From NCBI GenBank assembly GCA_025361465.1, contig JANYAG010000025.1, positions 1,820 through 65,819 of the forward strand: a DNA stretch of 64,000 bases, in the 5' to 3' direction. Position numbers and translations under genes: made by a program. Below are positions 28,566 through 40,115 of the stretch, one piece after another (position 1 is the stretch's first letter; each line of letters begins with the position of its first letter). The notes below the pieces were generated by a model. The model saw only the letters and a list, made by a program, of their open reading frames with translations. It was not told the origin of the DNA and made no database searches. Origin of the DNA: Gemmatimonadota bacterium. Lineage in GTDB: Bacteria > Gemmatimonadota > Gemmatimonadetes > Gemmatimonadales > GWC2-71-9.

Positions 28566-28640
28566 CCTCCCCCGCGTGCCCAGCCTGAAGGGAATGATAG
28601 AGAGTTTGTCCCCATTCCGTGAACCTCGGCCTGGTACCGA

Positions 28641-29786
28641 TCACGCAGGGGTCACCAGGTCGCCGAGCGCCGCCAGCACCTCAGTGCCAATGGCACCAAC
28701 CTGCCATCGACGAACCCCCGGTACCCGGGCAAGTTCTTCAGGGGAACGCGGTCCTGCCTTGGCGACGGCCTCCAGGGTGCCATTGGGGCAGAGCACTCCT
28801 GGGGCGAGTTTGAGTCTGGCGGCGGCGGCGTTCCGTGCGGCCTTGAGGCGTTCCACCCGAGCCATCAGCTCGAGGTCGATGGAGCGGCGGGGAGCGCGTT
28901 CGATCCTGGGGAGCTCGGCCTCTGGGATCACCAGGCCCCGGGCGATAGCCGCGAGGATCTCCCTGCCCCACCGGGATACCGCCTCACGCCCGACCCCTCG
29001 CACTTTGGCGAGCTCAGCCTCAACGGTCACCGGCCTGGCGGCGAGGAGGAGGAGCGTTTCGTTGCCCATCACACGGAAGGAAGCCCGGTCCAGTAGCCCG
29101 GCCGTGGTTTCGCGCCAGAAGTAGATCTCCCGTAACACCGCGAGCGCCCGACGCTCAAGCGCCTTGGCACCCTTGAGCGCAAGGAAACTGGTCTGCTCGT
29201 CGAGCGCGCCGGCAGTCCACCGCGTGTTCTCCAGCAACTCAAACTCCTCAGCAACCCAGCTATCTCTTCCAATGGCAATGAGTTGATTAAGTAGTATGGT
29301 GCGCAACTCACAAAGATATCTGGTGTCGTCTGAGGCATATTTGAGCATGTCGGCCGAAAGGGGTCGCGCCGACCAGTCCGCCCGCTGGAAGCGCTTATCG
29401 GCCGTGACCCCGAAGTACTTCTCGAGCAAGGCGCCCAGGCCGATACCGGGCTCATCGAGGAACTGGGCTGCGATCCGGGTGTCGAACAAGTGCTTCGCCC
29501 GGAAGCCGTGCTGTTTGTCCAGCAGGCGGAGATCGTAGTCGGCATCGTGGAAGATCTTCTCGACCTTCGGGTCAGCCAGCACCAGCCCGAGGGCCCTGAG
29601 GTCACCGACCGCCAAGGGGTCAATCACCGCCGTGACGGTGGCTGAGCTCAACTGAACCAGGTAGACTCGGTCGTGATAGCGATGAAACGACGCCGCTTCG
29701 GTGTCGAGCGCGAGGATCGCGTCATTGGCAACGCGTGCCAGCAGGTTGCGGAAGCTCTCGGGTTCGTCAATGAGAAGAACTTCCAC
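28641..29786 (-). CDS. rnd: Ribonuclease D (DEDD 3-5 exonuclease + HRDC)
   Basis: 381 aa. [28 protein letters not shown] exo motifs I-III. Confidence 0.85.
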   Translation of the reverse strand: MEVLLIDEPESFRNLLARVANDAILALDTEAASFHRYHDRVYLVQLSSATVTAVIDPLAVGDLRALGLVLADPKVEKIFHDADYDLRLLDKQHGFRAKHLFDTRIAAQFLDEPGIGLGALLEKYFGVTADKRFQRADWSARPLSADMLKYASDDTRYLCELRTILLNQLIAIGRDSWVAEEFELLENTRWTAGALDEQTSFLALKGAKALERRALAVLREIYFWRETTAGLLDRASFRVMGNETLLLLAARPVTVEAELAKVRGVGREAVSRWGREILAAIARGLVIPEAELPRIERAPRRSIDLELMARVERLKAARNAAAARLKLAPGVLCPNGTLEAVAKAGPRSPEELARVPGVRRWQVGAIGTEVLAALGDLVTPA

Positions 29787-29975
29787 CTAGTCGCGCCGCT
29801 TGCTGGCTTGATCGAGTCCGTCGGCGATGTCCTCGAGCGCTTTGGCGAGGGTCTTGTAGAACTCGGGGTCCGGCGCAGCCGGTGTGCCCATCGAGGCGTC
29901 AAGGTAGAGCTTTCGGGACAACTTGGCGGCGTAGCGGATATAGTCGGTCGAGGTGCCCATCGTTGCTCCGGTCAC
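29787..29975 (-). CDS. Hypothetical small protein (62 aa)
   Basis: High GC3 ORF whose stop abuts the rnd start codon. Predicted helical. No family recognised. Confidence 0.4.
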   Translation of the reverse strand: MTGATMGTSTDYIRYAAKLSRKLYLDASMGTPAAPDPEFYKTLAKALEDIADGLDQASKRRD

Positions 29976-30011
29976 TGGGGTCGAGCACGTAGCCGGCGCG
30001 TTTCGCGCCGG

Positions 30012-30275
30012 TCACTTCTTCGGACGACCCGGCGGTGTGTCGGAGTCGAAGATTTCCCGGTTGATGGCGATGAAGGAACGCATGCCTTCCGGGACGTCTT
30101 CCTCGGGGAAGATCGCATTCACCGGGCATTCCGGCTCGCACGCGCCGCAATCGATGCACTCATCGGGGTGGATGTACAGCTGCGTTTCCCCCTCGTAGAT
30201 GCAATCGACGGGACACACATCGACGCAGCCGCGGTCCTTCGTGCCAATACACGCCTCGGTGATCACGTACGGCAT
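30012..30275 (-). CDS. 7Fe-type ferredoxin (3Fe-4S + 4Fe-4S)
   Basis: ATG at 30275. [29 protein letters not shown]...[20 protein letters not shown] matches Azotobacter-type FdxA. Confidence 0.85.
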   Translation of the reverse strand: MPYVITEACIGTKDRGCVDVCPVDCIYEGETQLYIHPDECIDCGACEPECPVNAIFPEEDVPEGMRSFIAINREIFDSDTPPGRPKK

Positions 30276-30521
30276 CTGATACTCCTTGCGGTGAAGTCGT
30301 CGCGAGGCCCGGAGGGACAACACGATTCAATCGAGCAGCATGGAGCCGGGCGGGGGCACCTGGCAAGGGGAGAGAGTAGGAACCTTCCCCCGGTGTGCGC
30401 AAGCCCCGCCCTGGCGCTCGACCGGTGTGACCGTCCGGAGCAGGGCAGGGGTACGCCGATCAGCTGCGCACGTGATCCGCTGACCGCCGGACCAGACCAC
30501 GAGGTCGTTACGTTAGACACC

Positions 30522-32675
30522 ATGCCTCGCCGGGTCCCGCTGGTACTGCTCGCCGCCGTTGTGATGTGTTCTGCCGGATCCCATCGCCTCTCGGGTCAAG
30601 CAGGAGCCCCAGCCTGTCGCCCGGCACCAACCGCTCTCGTGCTGAGTGGCGGTGGTACCAAGGGGATGGCACATGTTGGCGTCATCCAGATGCTCGATTC
30701 CGCGGGAGTTCGCCCCGACCTCATCGTCGGGACATCGATCGGGGCAATTGTCGGTGCGCTCTATGCCTCCGGCCTCGACGGGTCGACCATCGATTCGCTC
30801 ATGCGGGCGTTCACGATTGCCCAGGGAACCACTGCCGGCAGGGTTCGTGGTCCGGTGGCATGGGGCGTCCGTTTTCCGCTCGTGACCTGGGAGGAAGGGG
30901 CGGGTGGGTTCTCAGTCGAGAGCTCGGCGTTGCGACAGACCGACGCCAACGGCCCGCTCAACGTGGCCCTCCTGCGCGCCAATCTCCTGGCCCGCGGTGA
31001 TTTCAATCGATTGCCGATTCCGCTGCGGGTGGTGGCCACCGATCTGCGTGATCGGAACGTGGTCGTGCTCGATCACGGCGACTTGGCGCAGGCGGTGCGG
31101 GCGAGTATCGCCATTCCACTGGTCTTCGCTCCCGAGCGCATCGGCGACCAGGTACTCATCGACGGTGGACTCTCAGCCAATATCCCCGTCGGCGTCGCTC
31201 GCCATGCTGGTGCCACTCGCGTCATCGTGAGCGATGTCACGACACGCCTGGTCGACACGCTCAACCTCGAGTCCTCGCTGGCCGTTGCCGACCGGGTCCT
31301 GAGCTGGCTCTTCCAGCAGCCAGCCGATGTCGTTGGCCGCGAAGACCTCTTCATTCGCGTGCCCGTGGACGGCTTCGGCTCGCTCGACTTTGCTCCGGCG
31401 ACCATCGATTCACTGCTGCGGCTCGGCCGCGCGGCCGGACGAAGGATGCTGGCGCAATGGCCATGTCGTTCGGTCGCCCAGCAGACGGGGCCCCTCTCGT
31501 CGGCACCGAAGACCCCGTCGGTCATCGCAGAAATTCGGGGCGAAGCAGGGGATAGCGATGGCACCAGGCTGCTGGTGCAGGCGCTTCGCCTCGAGCCAGG
31601 TCAGCCCTTCGACCTTCACCTGCTTGAACAACGACTGTCTTCGTTCGCGCGCCGCGACCTCTTCCGGGAAATCTGGCTTCGCCCCACGGGCACGGGGGAT
31701 TCTGTCACGTTCTACCCCTTGCTGCGCCGGCTGCCACAGCGAATCGCCGGCATCGGCCTGGCGTACGATCAGGAATTGGGGGGACGCGCCTGGGTGGGGA
31801 TGCTCGATCGACGCGCGCCGATCATCAAGGCCGAAGCGTCCGGCATCCTGACACTCGGCCGCTTCAACAGCTCCATCGACATCGGTGTCCGGCGGCAGTC
31901 CCTGCTGGGACATCCGACACTCTCGCCGGCCTTTCACCTCACGCTGGCCGGTGAGCGGCTTCGGCAATTTGACACCACCGGGACGGAACTCGACTCCGAT
32001 GTCTTTCGCGAACTCGCGGCGAGAGCGGTACTGGAGCGCGATCTGGCGCCCTCGCTGCACTTGATGGTTGGTGGCGAGGCGCGCACCTGGCACGAGCTCA
32101 CCCTCGATGGCCGAGTTCCGCGCAATCGGCAGGCAATCGGGCCAACGCTCCTGCTGGAACAGTCGGCCGCTGCGAAAGACCACTTCGCCCGGCTGGAACT
32201 TGCGTGGACCACTGCCTACTGGCGGGCGTTCCTGACAACGCGCTGGAGTGCGTCCATTGGAAGCTTCCTGCTCGAACATCGGCTGCGGATCGGCGCCGGG
32301 GCAACCCTGCCGACCGGGCAGACGTTTGTGCTCGGAGGGGAAGAGGGGTTTCCCGGATTTCACCTTGGTGAACACCGCGGTGATCGCGAAGCATCCACCT
32401 CGCTGGCCTTGTCACGACCCGTGCTGGGTCAGGTACGCTTCAAGCTGACCGGGGCGGCTGGTCGGGCGATCTTTGCCGGAAGTCCGCTCGACAGCGCGCT
32501 CGCCATCACGCGAGGAATCCAGGTGGGCCGCGGTCTGCTTGAGCGTGGCGCGTGGCAGGTGGGCCTGTGGGCCGGACTCGAGAGTCCGACACCGCTCGGT
32601 CCCGTGCGGGTTGAGTATGGCTGGAACCGCGCTGGTCGCGGGGCGCTGCTGTTCCGCATCGGTACCTGGTTCTGA
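30522..32675 (+). CDS. Patatin-like phospholipase fused to an Omp85-like beta-barrel (PlpD / type Vd autotransporter-like)
   Basis: ATG at 30522 plus signal peptide. GGGTKG oxyanion, GTSIGA (GxSxG), [10 protein letters not shown] (catalytic Asp). A C-terminal region of about 350 aa is beta-rich and ends in ...FRIGTWF. Confidence 0.7.
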   Translation: MPRRVPLVLLAAVVMCSAGSHRLSGQAGAPACRPAPTALVLSGGGTKGMAHVGVIQMLDSAGVRPDLIVGTSIGAIVGALYASGLDGSTIDSLMRAFTIAQGTTAGRVRGPVAWGVRFPLVTWEEGAGGFSVESSALRQTDANGPLNVALLRANLLARGDFNRLPIPLRVVATDLRDRNVVVLDHGDLAQAVRASIAIPLVFAPERIGDQVLIDGGLSANIPVGVARHAGATRVIVSDVTTRLVDTLNLESSLAVADRVLSWLFQQPADVVGREDLFIRVPVDGFGSLDFAPATIDSLLRLGRAAGRRMLAQWPCRSVAQQTGPLSSAPKTPSVIAEIRGEAGDSDGTRLLVQALRLEPGQPFDLHLLEQRLSSFARRDLFREIWLRPTGTGDSVTFYPLLRRLPQRIAGIGLAYDQELGGRAWVGMLDRRAPIIKAEASGILTLGRFNSSIDIGVRRQSLLGHPTLSPAFHLTLAGERLRQFDTTGTELDSDVFRELAARAVLERDLAPSLHLMVGGEARTWHELTLDGRVPRNRQAIGPTLLLEQSAAAKDHFARLELAWTTAYWRAFLTTRWSASIGSFLLEHRLRIGAGATLPTGQTFVLGGEEGFPGFHLGEHRGDREASTSLALSRPVLGQVRFKLTGAAGRAIFAGSPLDSALAITRGIQVGRGLLERGAWQVGLWAGLESPTPLGPVRVEYGWNRAGRGALLFRIGTWF

Positions 32676-32684
32676 GCGCCGCGA

Positions 32685-33092
32685 CTACTTCTTGATCGGC
32701 CGGAAGAGCCAGCTCGCCAGGGACTTGCCGCGATCCTCACACGAATCTGTTTGCACCTCGAGCCAGTACCCGCCGCGCTCACCGCGCACCACGTAGGTTC
32801 CCTCGCGCTGGACGTTGTTCTCGTCAAGGCAACCCTGGTCGGAATACGTCAGGAGGCCATCCTTCGATCGCATCCTGCCACTGAAGGTCCCCTCGGCCAT
32901 CGTGATCACGAAGATGGTGCTGTTCTTCAGTTCGAAAGGGATCGGCGGGAATGTCTTGGCGGTGTCGCGTGCCTCGATGGTGTACTTCCCCGGCCGGAAC
33001 GCCGGCGGGGTTCCGCCGCTGCCACCAGCTTGGGCCGCGAGAGGCCATGCGACGAGGGTGGCGGTGGCGAGGACGAGCCAGCGAGGGTTCAT
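32685..33092 (-). CDS. Hypothetical secreted protein (135 aa)
   Basis: ATG at 33092 gives the signal MNPRWLVLATATLVAWPLAAQA. No family recognised. Confidence 0.5.
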   Translation of the reverse strand: MNPRWLVLATATLVAWPLAAQAGGSGGTPPAFRPGKYTIEARDTAKTFPPIPFELKNSTIFVITMAEGTFSGRMRSKDGLLTYSDQGCLDENNVQREGTYVVRGERGGYWLEVQTDSCEDRGKSLASWLFRPIKK

Positions 33093-33192
33093 CGGTCGAT
33101 CCCGGACTGAGGTTGGCGGCGTTGTTCGGATGAAGGTACGCGCAACCCGGTGGGAAGGTGGGCTGGACTTAAATCCAAATTCATAGCACAAA

Positions 33193-33221
33193 TTGACAAA
33201 ACACCAGCCGGCCGGTAGCAT
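33193..33221 (+). promoter_or_regulatory. Candidate suf operon promoter (TTGACA-17 nt-TAGCAT), near-leaderless
   Basis: Consensus -35 at 33193-98. The -10-like TAGCAT at 33216-21 ends only 9 nt before the sufR ATG (33231). No SD sequence seen. Confidence 0.4.
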
Positions 33222-33230
33222 TCGCCCCCA

Positions 33231-33910
33231 ATGACGTCCTCGCCGCCCTTCCGCTCCGATGAATCTGCGACCCCAGCTGGGCACCGGGGGCCGCGGGGTG
33301 ACCTCCTGTTGCATTTGAAGCGGGAAGGGAAGGCTACCGTGCGGGAGCTGGCGGCAGCTCTGGGCTATTCCATCACAGCTATCCGCCATCATATCAAGGA
33401 GTTAGAGGTCGAGGGTGTGGTGACGTTCGACCGGACCCATCATGGGGTCGGGGCTCCGTCACACGCCTACCGGCTTTCACCGGAAGGGCAGGCGCTCTTT
33501 CCTGACCGGTATGAGCGGACCGTTGCCGACCTCCTCGACCATGTGGTGGCCAGCCAGGGCCGCGCCACGGCGGTCTCGCTCCTGGAGACACACTACGTCG
33601 CCCTGCAGCAGCGCATCGTGGCCGAAACCGCCCACCTCGCGCCCGATCGCCGTGGCGAAGCCGTCGCCCGCATCCTCGCCGCGGAAGGGTACATGGCCAC
33701 CTGGAGCGGGGCAGAAAGCGGCGGGATGCTCACCGAGCACAACTGCCCGCACCAGCTGGTGGCTCAACGGTTTCCCGAGATCTGCGTGGCCGAAGAGACC
33801 TTCCTCACGCAGGTGTTCCGTGGCCCGGTCGCGCGACAGTCGCGCATTGCCGATGGCTGTGGCACCTGCAGTTATCACGTTCCGACCGCGCCGGGGGCTG
33901 GGGAGAACCA

Positions 33911-33914
<4 letters not shown>
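33231..33914 (+). CDS. Winged-helix (ArsR/DeoR-like) regulator with C-terminal Cys cluster, SufR-like
   Basis: 227 aa. HTH ([30 protein letters not shown]). C-terminal CPHQ...C..(..)CGTC cysteines. ATGA-coupled to sufB. Confidence 0.65.
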
Positions 33915-35344
<1,430 letters not shown>

Positions 35345-35350
35345 ACCAGG

Positions 35351-35439
35351 AGTGACTGGTGAGTGGTGACCGGTGAACGAGGTGTTCACCAGGGCCAGTT
35401 CACCGTTCACCGTTCACCGTTCACCGTTCACAACTCACT
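35351..35439 (+). repeat. Inverted heptanucleotide arrays (GGTGANN)x4 / (GTTCACC)x6 in the sufB-sufC spacer
   Basis: AGTGACT GGTGAGT GGTGACC GGTGAAC gaggt GTTCACC agggcca GTTCACC x4 (perfect, 35398-35425) GTTCACA ACTCACT. Confidence 0.9.
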
Positions 35440-35455
35440 TTTTGGACCGGATTGA

Positions 35456-36219
<764 letters not shown>

Positions 36220-36223
<4 letters not shown>

Positions 36224-37551
36224 CCACTGCCACGCGGCCGGCGCGCAGCCCGAACGAGCCCCTGGTTCCCTTCGCGGAACTCGTCGCTGAAGGTGCCCGC
36301 GCCGGCGCCCCCGCATGGCTGGCCACCTTTCGTCGTGGCAGTGCCGAACGGTTTACTGCTGTCGGTCTGCCGACGTCGAAGGATGAGGACTGGCGCTTCA
36401 CCCCAGTGCAGGGACTCGCGCGGGAGAACCTCGGCGTCGTACGGCGCCCCGCCCCCGTTGCCCCCGAGGCGCTGAAGCCGTTCCTGCTCGGCAGCGAACG
36501 CGGGGCCCTCGTGGTGGTAATCGATGGTCGCTTCGAGGCGTCCTTGTCTCATCTCCCGGTGCTCCCCACCGGAGCCCGGATCATGTCGCTCGCGGCGGCG
36601 ATCACGGAAGGAATTCCCGAGGTCGAGGCGCACCTCGGGCGGTATGCGACGCCTGACGTGACCCCATTTGCGGCCCTGAACGGCGCCGTCTTCGCTGATG
36701 GACTCTTCCTGCACCTCGCCGCAGGCATCGCGATCGAACTGCCGATCCAGGTCCTCCATGTCAGCACCGGCGCGGTCCCGGTCGTCGCGCCGAGGAGCCT
36801 GCTCCTGGTTGGTCGCGGCGCGAGCGTGACGGTGGTTGAGAGCTTCGCCAGTGTCGGCGGGACGACGGGCTTCACCAACGGCGTCACCGAAATCGTCCTC
36901 GGCCGGAACGCCCGGTGCGAACATCTGCGGGTGCAGCGCGAAGGTGCCGAGGCGTGGCATATCGGCTTGACCGAGGTGTCGCAGGAGCGCGACTCGCATT
37001 ACCGCTCGTTTACCCTTGCCCTCGGTGCCAAGCTCTCTCGACACGATCTTCGGGCCCGGCTCGGGGCCGAGAACGTCGAGACGCTGCTCTACGGACTCTA
37101 CCTGGGCCGCAACGAGCAGTTGCACGACAACCATACCGCGATCTTCCACGACCAACCGCACTGCAATTCGTGGGAGGTCTACAAGGGTGTGCTGACTGAT
37201 CGGTCGCACGCCGTATTCAACGGCAAGGTGATCGTCCAGCCCGTCGCACAGAAGACCGACGCCAAGCAGACCAACCGCAACCTGCTGCTCTCCGAGACGG
37301 CCAGGGTCGACACCAAGCCGCAGCTCGAGATCTTTGCCGACGACGTCAAGTGCACCCACGGTGCCACGGTCGGCAAGATGGATGAGCAGCAGCGCTACTA
37401 CCTGAAGACGCGCGGCATCGCCGGCCGGGTGGCAGAAGGGGTGCTGATCTGGGCATTCACGGCCGAGGTCCTTGCGGAAGTGACGGATCCGGGGATCCGC
37501 GAGACGCTGGAGAAGCTGGTGCGGGCCGAACTCGAGACGATGATCGGGTGA
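36220..37551 (+). CDS. sufD: Fe-S cluster assembly protein SufD
   Basis: ATG at 36220 overlaps the sufC stop (ATGA). C-terminal SufBD beta-helix region (..NRNLLLSETARVDTKPQLEIFADDVKCTHGAT..). Confidence 0.9.
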
Positions 37552-37555
37552 GAAG

Positions 37556-38764
37556 ATGACCGCACTGGCATCGTCACTGCGAGGCACGTTTCCGGTACTC
37601 GGCACCCTGTCGCGCGGCCATCCGATGATCTATCTCGACAGTGCGGCAACCGCCCAGAAGCCACAGGCGGTGATCGACGCCATGACCCGGTTCTACACCC
37701 AGGACTACGGCACCATCCATCGCGGAGTCTACCAGGTCAGCGAGCGCGCAACCCTGGCATGGGATGCCGCGCGGGAACGAGTGGCTCATTTCCTGACGGC
37801 GGCGACGGCCGACGAAGTGGTCTTTGTCCGCGGCACCACCGAAGCCATCAACCTGGTCGCCGAGTCGTTCCTCAAGCCGCGGATCAAGCCTGGCGCGACC
37901 GTCCTTGTGACGGAGATGGAGCACCACGCCAACATCGTTCCCTGGCAACTGGCCGGGGCAAAGACCGTCCCGATCCCCATTTCCGACACTGGCGAACTGG
38001 ACCTGGTTGCCGCGGAGCGACTGCTCGCGGCCGGATGCGAGATGCTGGCGGTCTGCCACGTCTCCAACGCCCTCGGCACCATCAACCCCGTTGTCGAGCT
38101 CTGCCGAATGGCGAAGCGACACGGTGTGCCGGTGCTCATTGACGGTGCGCAGGCCGCGCCGCACCTGTGCATTGATGTGCAGGCCATCGGCTGCGATTTC
38201 TACTGTTTCTCGGGCCACAAGGTGTACGGCCCGACCGGTATCGGCGCGCTCTGGGCAAAGCGGGAACACCTCGCGAAGATGCCGCCCTATCAGGGCGGCG
38301 GGGACATGATCGACCTGGTCACCTTCGAGGGCACCACCTACGCCCCGGCCCCCCGGAAGTTCGAGGCCGGCACGCCGCACATTGCCGGCGCGATTGGACT
38401 CGAGGCCGCGCTGCGGTGGCTCGACGCGCTGGACCGCGTCGCGCTCCGTCGCGAAGAAGAGGAGTTGCTCGCGTTTGGCACCGGGCTGCTCGCCGAGGTT
38501 CCTGGGCTGCGGCTGATTGGTTCCGCGCGGGAGAAGGCTGGCATTCTCACGTTCGTGATCGAGGGCGTCCACCCGCACGACATCGCGTCGATCCTCGACC
38601 ACGACGGCGTCTGCATCCGGGCCGGCCATCACTGCACCCAACCGCTGCACCGCCGGCTCGGCGTCCAATCCACCGCCCGTGCTTCCCTTGCCCTCTACAG
38701 CACGCGCGACGACCTCGAGAAGCTCGCGCACGGCCTCGTCAAGATCCAGCGGATGTTCAACTGA
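37556..38764 (+). CDS. sufS: Cysteine desulfurase SufS (class II)
   Basis: 402 aa. PLP-lysine region FSGHKVYGPTGIG. Active-site loop RAGHHCTQPL. Confidence 0.9.
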   Translation: MTALASSLRGTFPVLGTLSRGHPMIYLDSAATAQKPQAVIDAMTRFYTQDYGTIHRGVYQVSERATLAWDAARERVAHFLTAATADEVVFVRGTTEAINLVAESFLKPRIKPGATVLVTEMEHHANIVPWQLAGAKTVPIPISDTGELDLVAAERLLAAGCEMLAVCHVSNALGTINPVVELCRMAKRHGVPVLIDGAQAAPHLCIDVQAIGCDFYCFSGHKVYGPTGIGALWAKREHLAKMPPYQGGGDMIDLVTFEGTTYAPAPRKFEAGTPHIAGAIGLEAALRWLDALDRVALRREEEELLAFGTGLLAEVPGLRLIGSAREKAGILTFVIEGVHPHDIASILDHDGVCIRAGHHCTQPLHRRLGVQSTARASLALYSTRDDLEKLAHGLVKIQRMFN

Positions 38765-39219
38765 TGGCGACCTCCGACGAGATGTACCAGGCCGTGATCA
38801 TCGAGCACGCACGCTCGCCGCGGAACTACAAGCCGCTCGTCACACCAACGCATCACTGCGACGGCCGAAATCCACTCTGCGGCGATGAGGTTTCCCTTGA
38901 CCTCACGGTGGATGCCGAGGGGCGCATCACGGATATCGGATTCCAGGGGCAGGGCTGTGCCATTTCGAAGGCATCCGCCTCGATGATGACTGCGGCGATC
39001 AAGGGAAAGACCGTACCTGAAGCACGGGAGCTTTTCGAACGCTTTCATGCGTTGGTCACGGGTGAGCCGACCGACGAGAAGGCCCTTGGTAAGCTGGTGG
39101 CCTTCAAGGGGGTTGCTGCGTACCCGATGCGGGTCAAGTGCGCCACCATGGGGTGGCATGTGATGATGGAAGCACTGGATGAGAACCGAGAGAAACGACC
39201 TAATGGAAGTGAACAGTGA
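38764..39219 (+). CDS. sufU: SufU/IscU-like sulfur acceptor scaffold
   Basis: ATG at 38764 overlaps the sufS stop (TGATG). NPLCGD, GQGCAIS, VKCATMGW motifs. Confidence 0.85.
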   Translation: MATSDEMYQAVIIEHARSPRNYKPLVTPTHHCDGRNPLCGDEVSLDLTVDAEGRITDIGFQGQGCAISKASASMMTAAIKGKTVPEARELFERFHALVTGEPTDEKALGKLVAFKGVAAYPMRVKCATMGWHVMMEALDENREKRPNGSEQ

Positions 39220-39274
39220 ACGGTGACTCGTGGTCATCCTCACCAATCACCAATCACCAATCACCGTTCACTAC
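39208..39274 (+). repeat. Inverted heptanucleotide arrays (NGTGANN)x4 / (TCACCAA)x3-TCACCGT after sufU
   Basis: AGTGAAC AGTGAAC GGTGACT CGTGGTC atcc TCACCAA TCACCAA TCACCAA TCACCGT TCACTAC. The sufU stop (39217-19) lies inside the left array. Confidence 0.9.
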
Positions 39275-39303
39275 TTCTTCCCGACCCCCTGGAGATTGCT
39301 GCG

Positions 39304-39723
39304 ATGCCTTACCCTGAGATGATGATCCAGCCGATGCGCGACGAAGTCACCCGCCTCGGTGTCCAGGAGCTTCGCACGGTCGCCGAGGTGGATGCGGCGC
39401 TGGGCGACATCAGCGAATCAACGATGGTGTTCGTCAACTCCGTCTGCGGCTGTGCAGCGGGGGGTGCCCGTCCGGCCCTGACGATGGCGCTTGGCCATTC
39501 CAGGTTGCCGGCGCGGACGTACAGTGTCTTCGCTGGTCAGGATCTTGACGCCACTGCCCGGGCTCGGTCGTACTTCGGAGAATACCAGCCGTCTTCACCC
39601 TCAGTGGCCCTGCTCAAGGGCGGTGAGGTGGTGGCGTTCGTGCATCGCCACCAGATCGAGGGACGGTCCCCCGACCAGATCGCGGCGGACCTGGTCAGTG
39701 CCTTCGACAGCTACTGCGGATGA
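39304..39723 (+). CDS. Bacilliredoxin (BrxA/BrxB, DUF1094 family)
   Basis: ATG at 39304. VFVNSVCGCAAGGARP (CGC redox motif). 139 aa, typical family size. Confidence 0.8.
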   Translation: MPYPEMMIQPMRDEVTRLGVQELRTVAEVDAALGDISESTMVFVNSVCGCAAGGARPALTMALGHSRLPARTYSVFAGQDLDATARARSYFGEYQPSSPSVALLKGGEVVAFVHRHQIEGRSPDQIAADLVSAFDSYCG

Positions 39724-39995
39724 GTGGGCACGTCTTCCACCCCGGGCACGACGCGCTCCATGGCGTGACCGTGGTCGTCGACGCGACCGATGGCAGGACC
39801 CTGGTGGGCCGGTGGCACGAGCAGACCCATCGCGGGGTCCTGCTCCACGATGTCGCAGTCCATGACCCCGCGGCGTCGGCCACTCCCAAAGAGGAGTGGT
39901 TGGTCAAACTACGCAAATTTGGCATCGCGGTTGACCTGAAGCACGCGATCATCCCTGCCAGTCAGCTCCTGGGCATCCGCCGGCTGGTGGAATAG
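39720..39995 (+). CDS. Hypothetical small protein (91 aa), last gene of the suf transcription unit
   Basis: ATGA overlap with the bacilliredoxin stop. High GC3. No family recognised. Confidence 0.55.
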   Translation: MSGHVFHPGHDALHGVTVVVDATDGRTLVGRWHEQTHRGVLLHDVAVHDPAASATPKEEWLVKLRKFGIAVDLKHAIIPASQLLGIRRLVE

Positions 39996-40115
39996 CCCCT
40001 GATCCGGGACGTCTCCCGCACGTTCCGGTCTCCTGCGATACATTCGATCCGCTGAAACCGGCCGGGCCACCTTGGAGTATGTGGCTGCGGCCATTTCCCA
40101 CGGAGCGATCCTGCC

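Noticed and set aside
29673-30521. N-terminal 283 aa of the 1000-aa ORF 29673-32675.
   Set aside because: This part is antisense to rnd, the small ORF and the ferredoxin gene. A signal peptide and the patatin motifs begin at the internal ATG at 30522.
35351-35439. Tandem repeats considered as a CRISPR array or minisatellite-encoded peptide (ORF 35373-35627, SPFTVHRSPFTVH...).
   Set aside because: The unit is 7 nt with no spacers and no cas genes. The ORF overlaps sufC out of frame and is repeat-driven.
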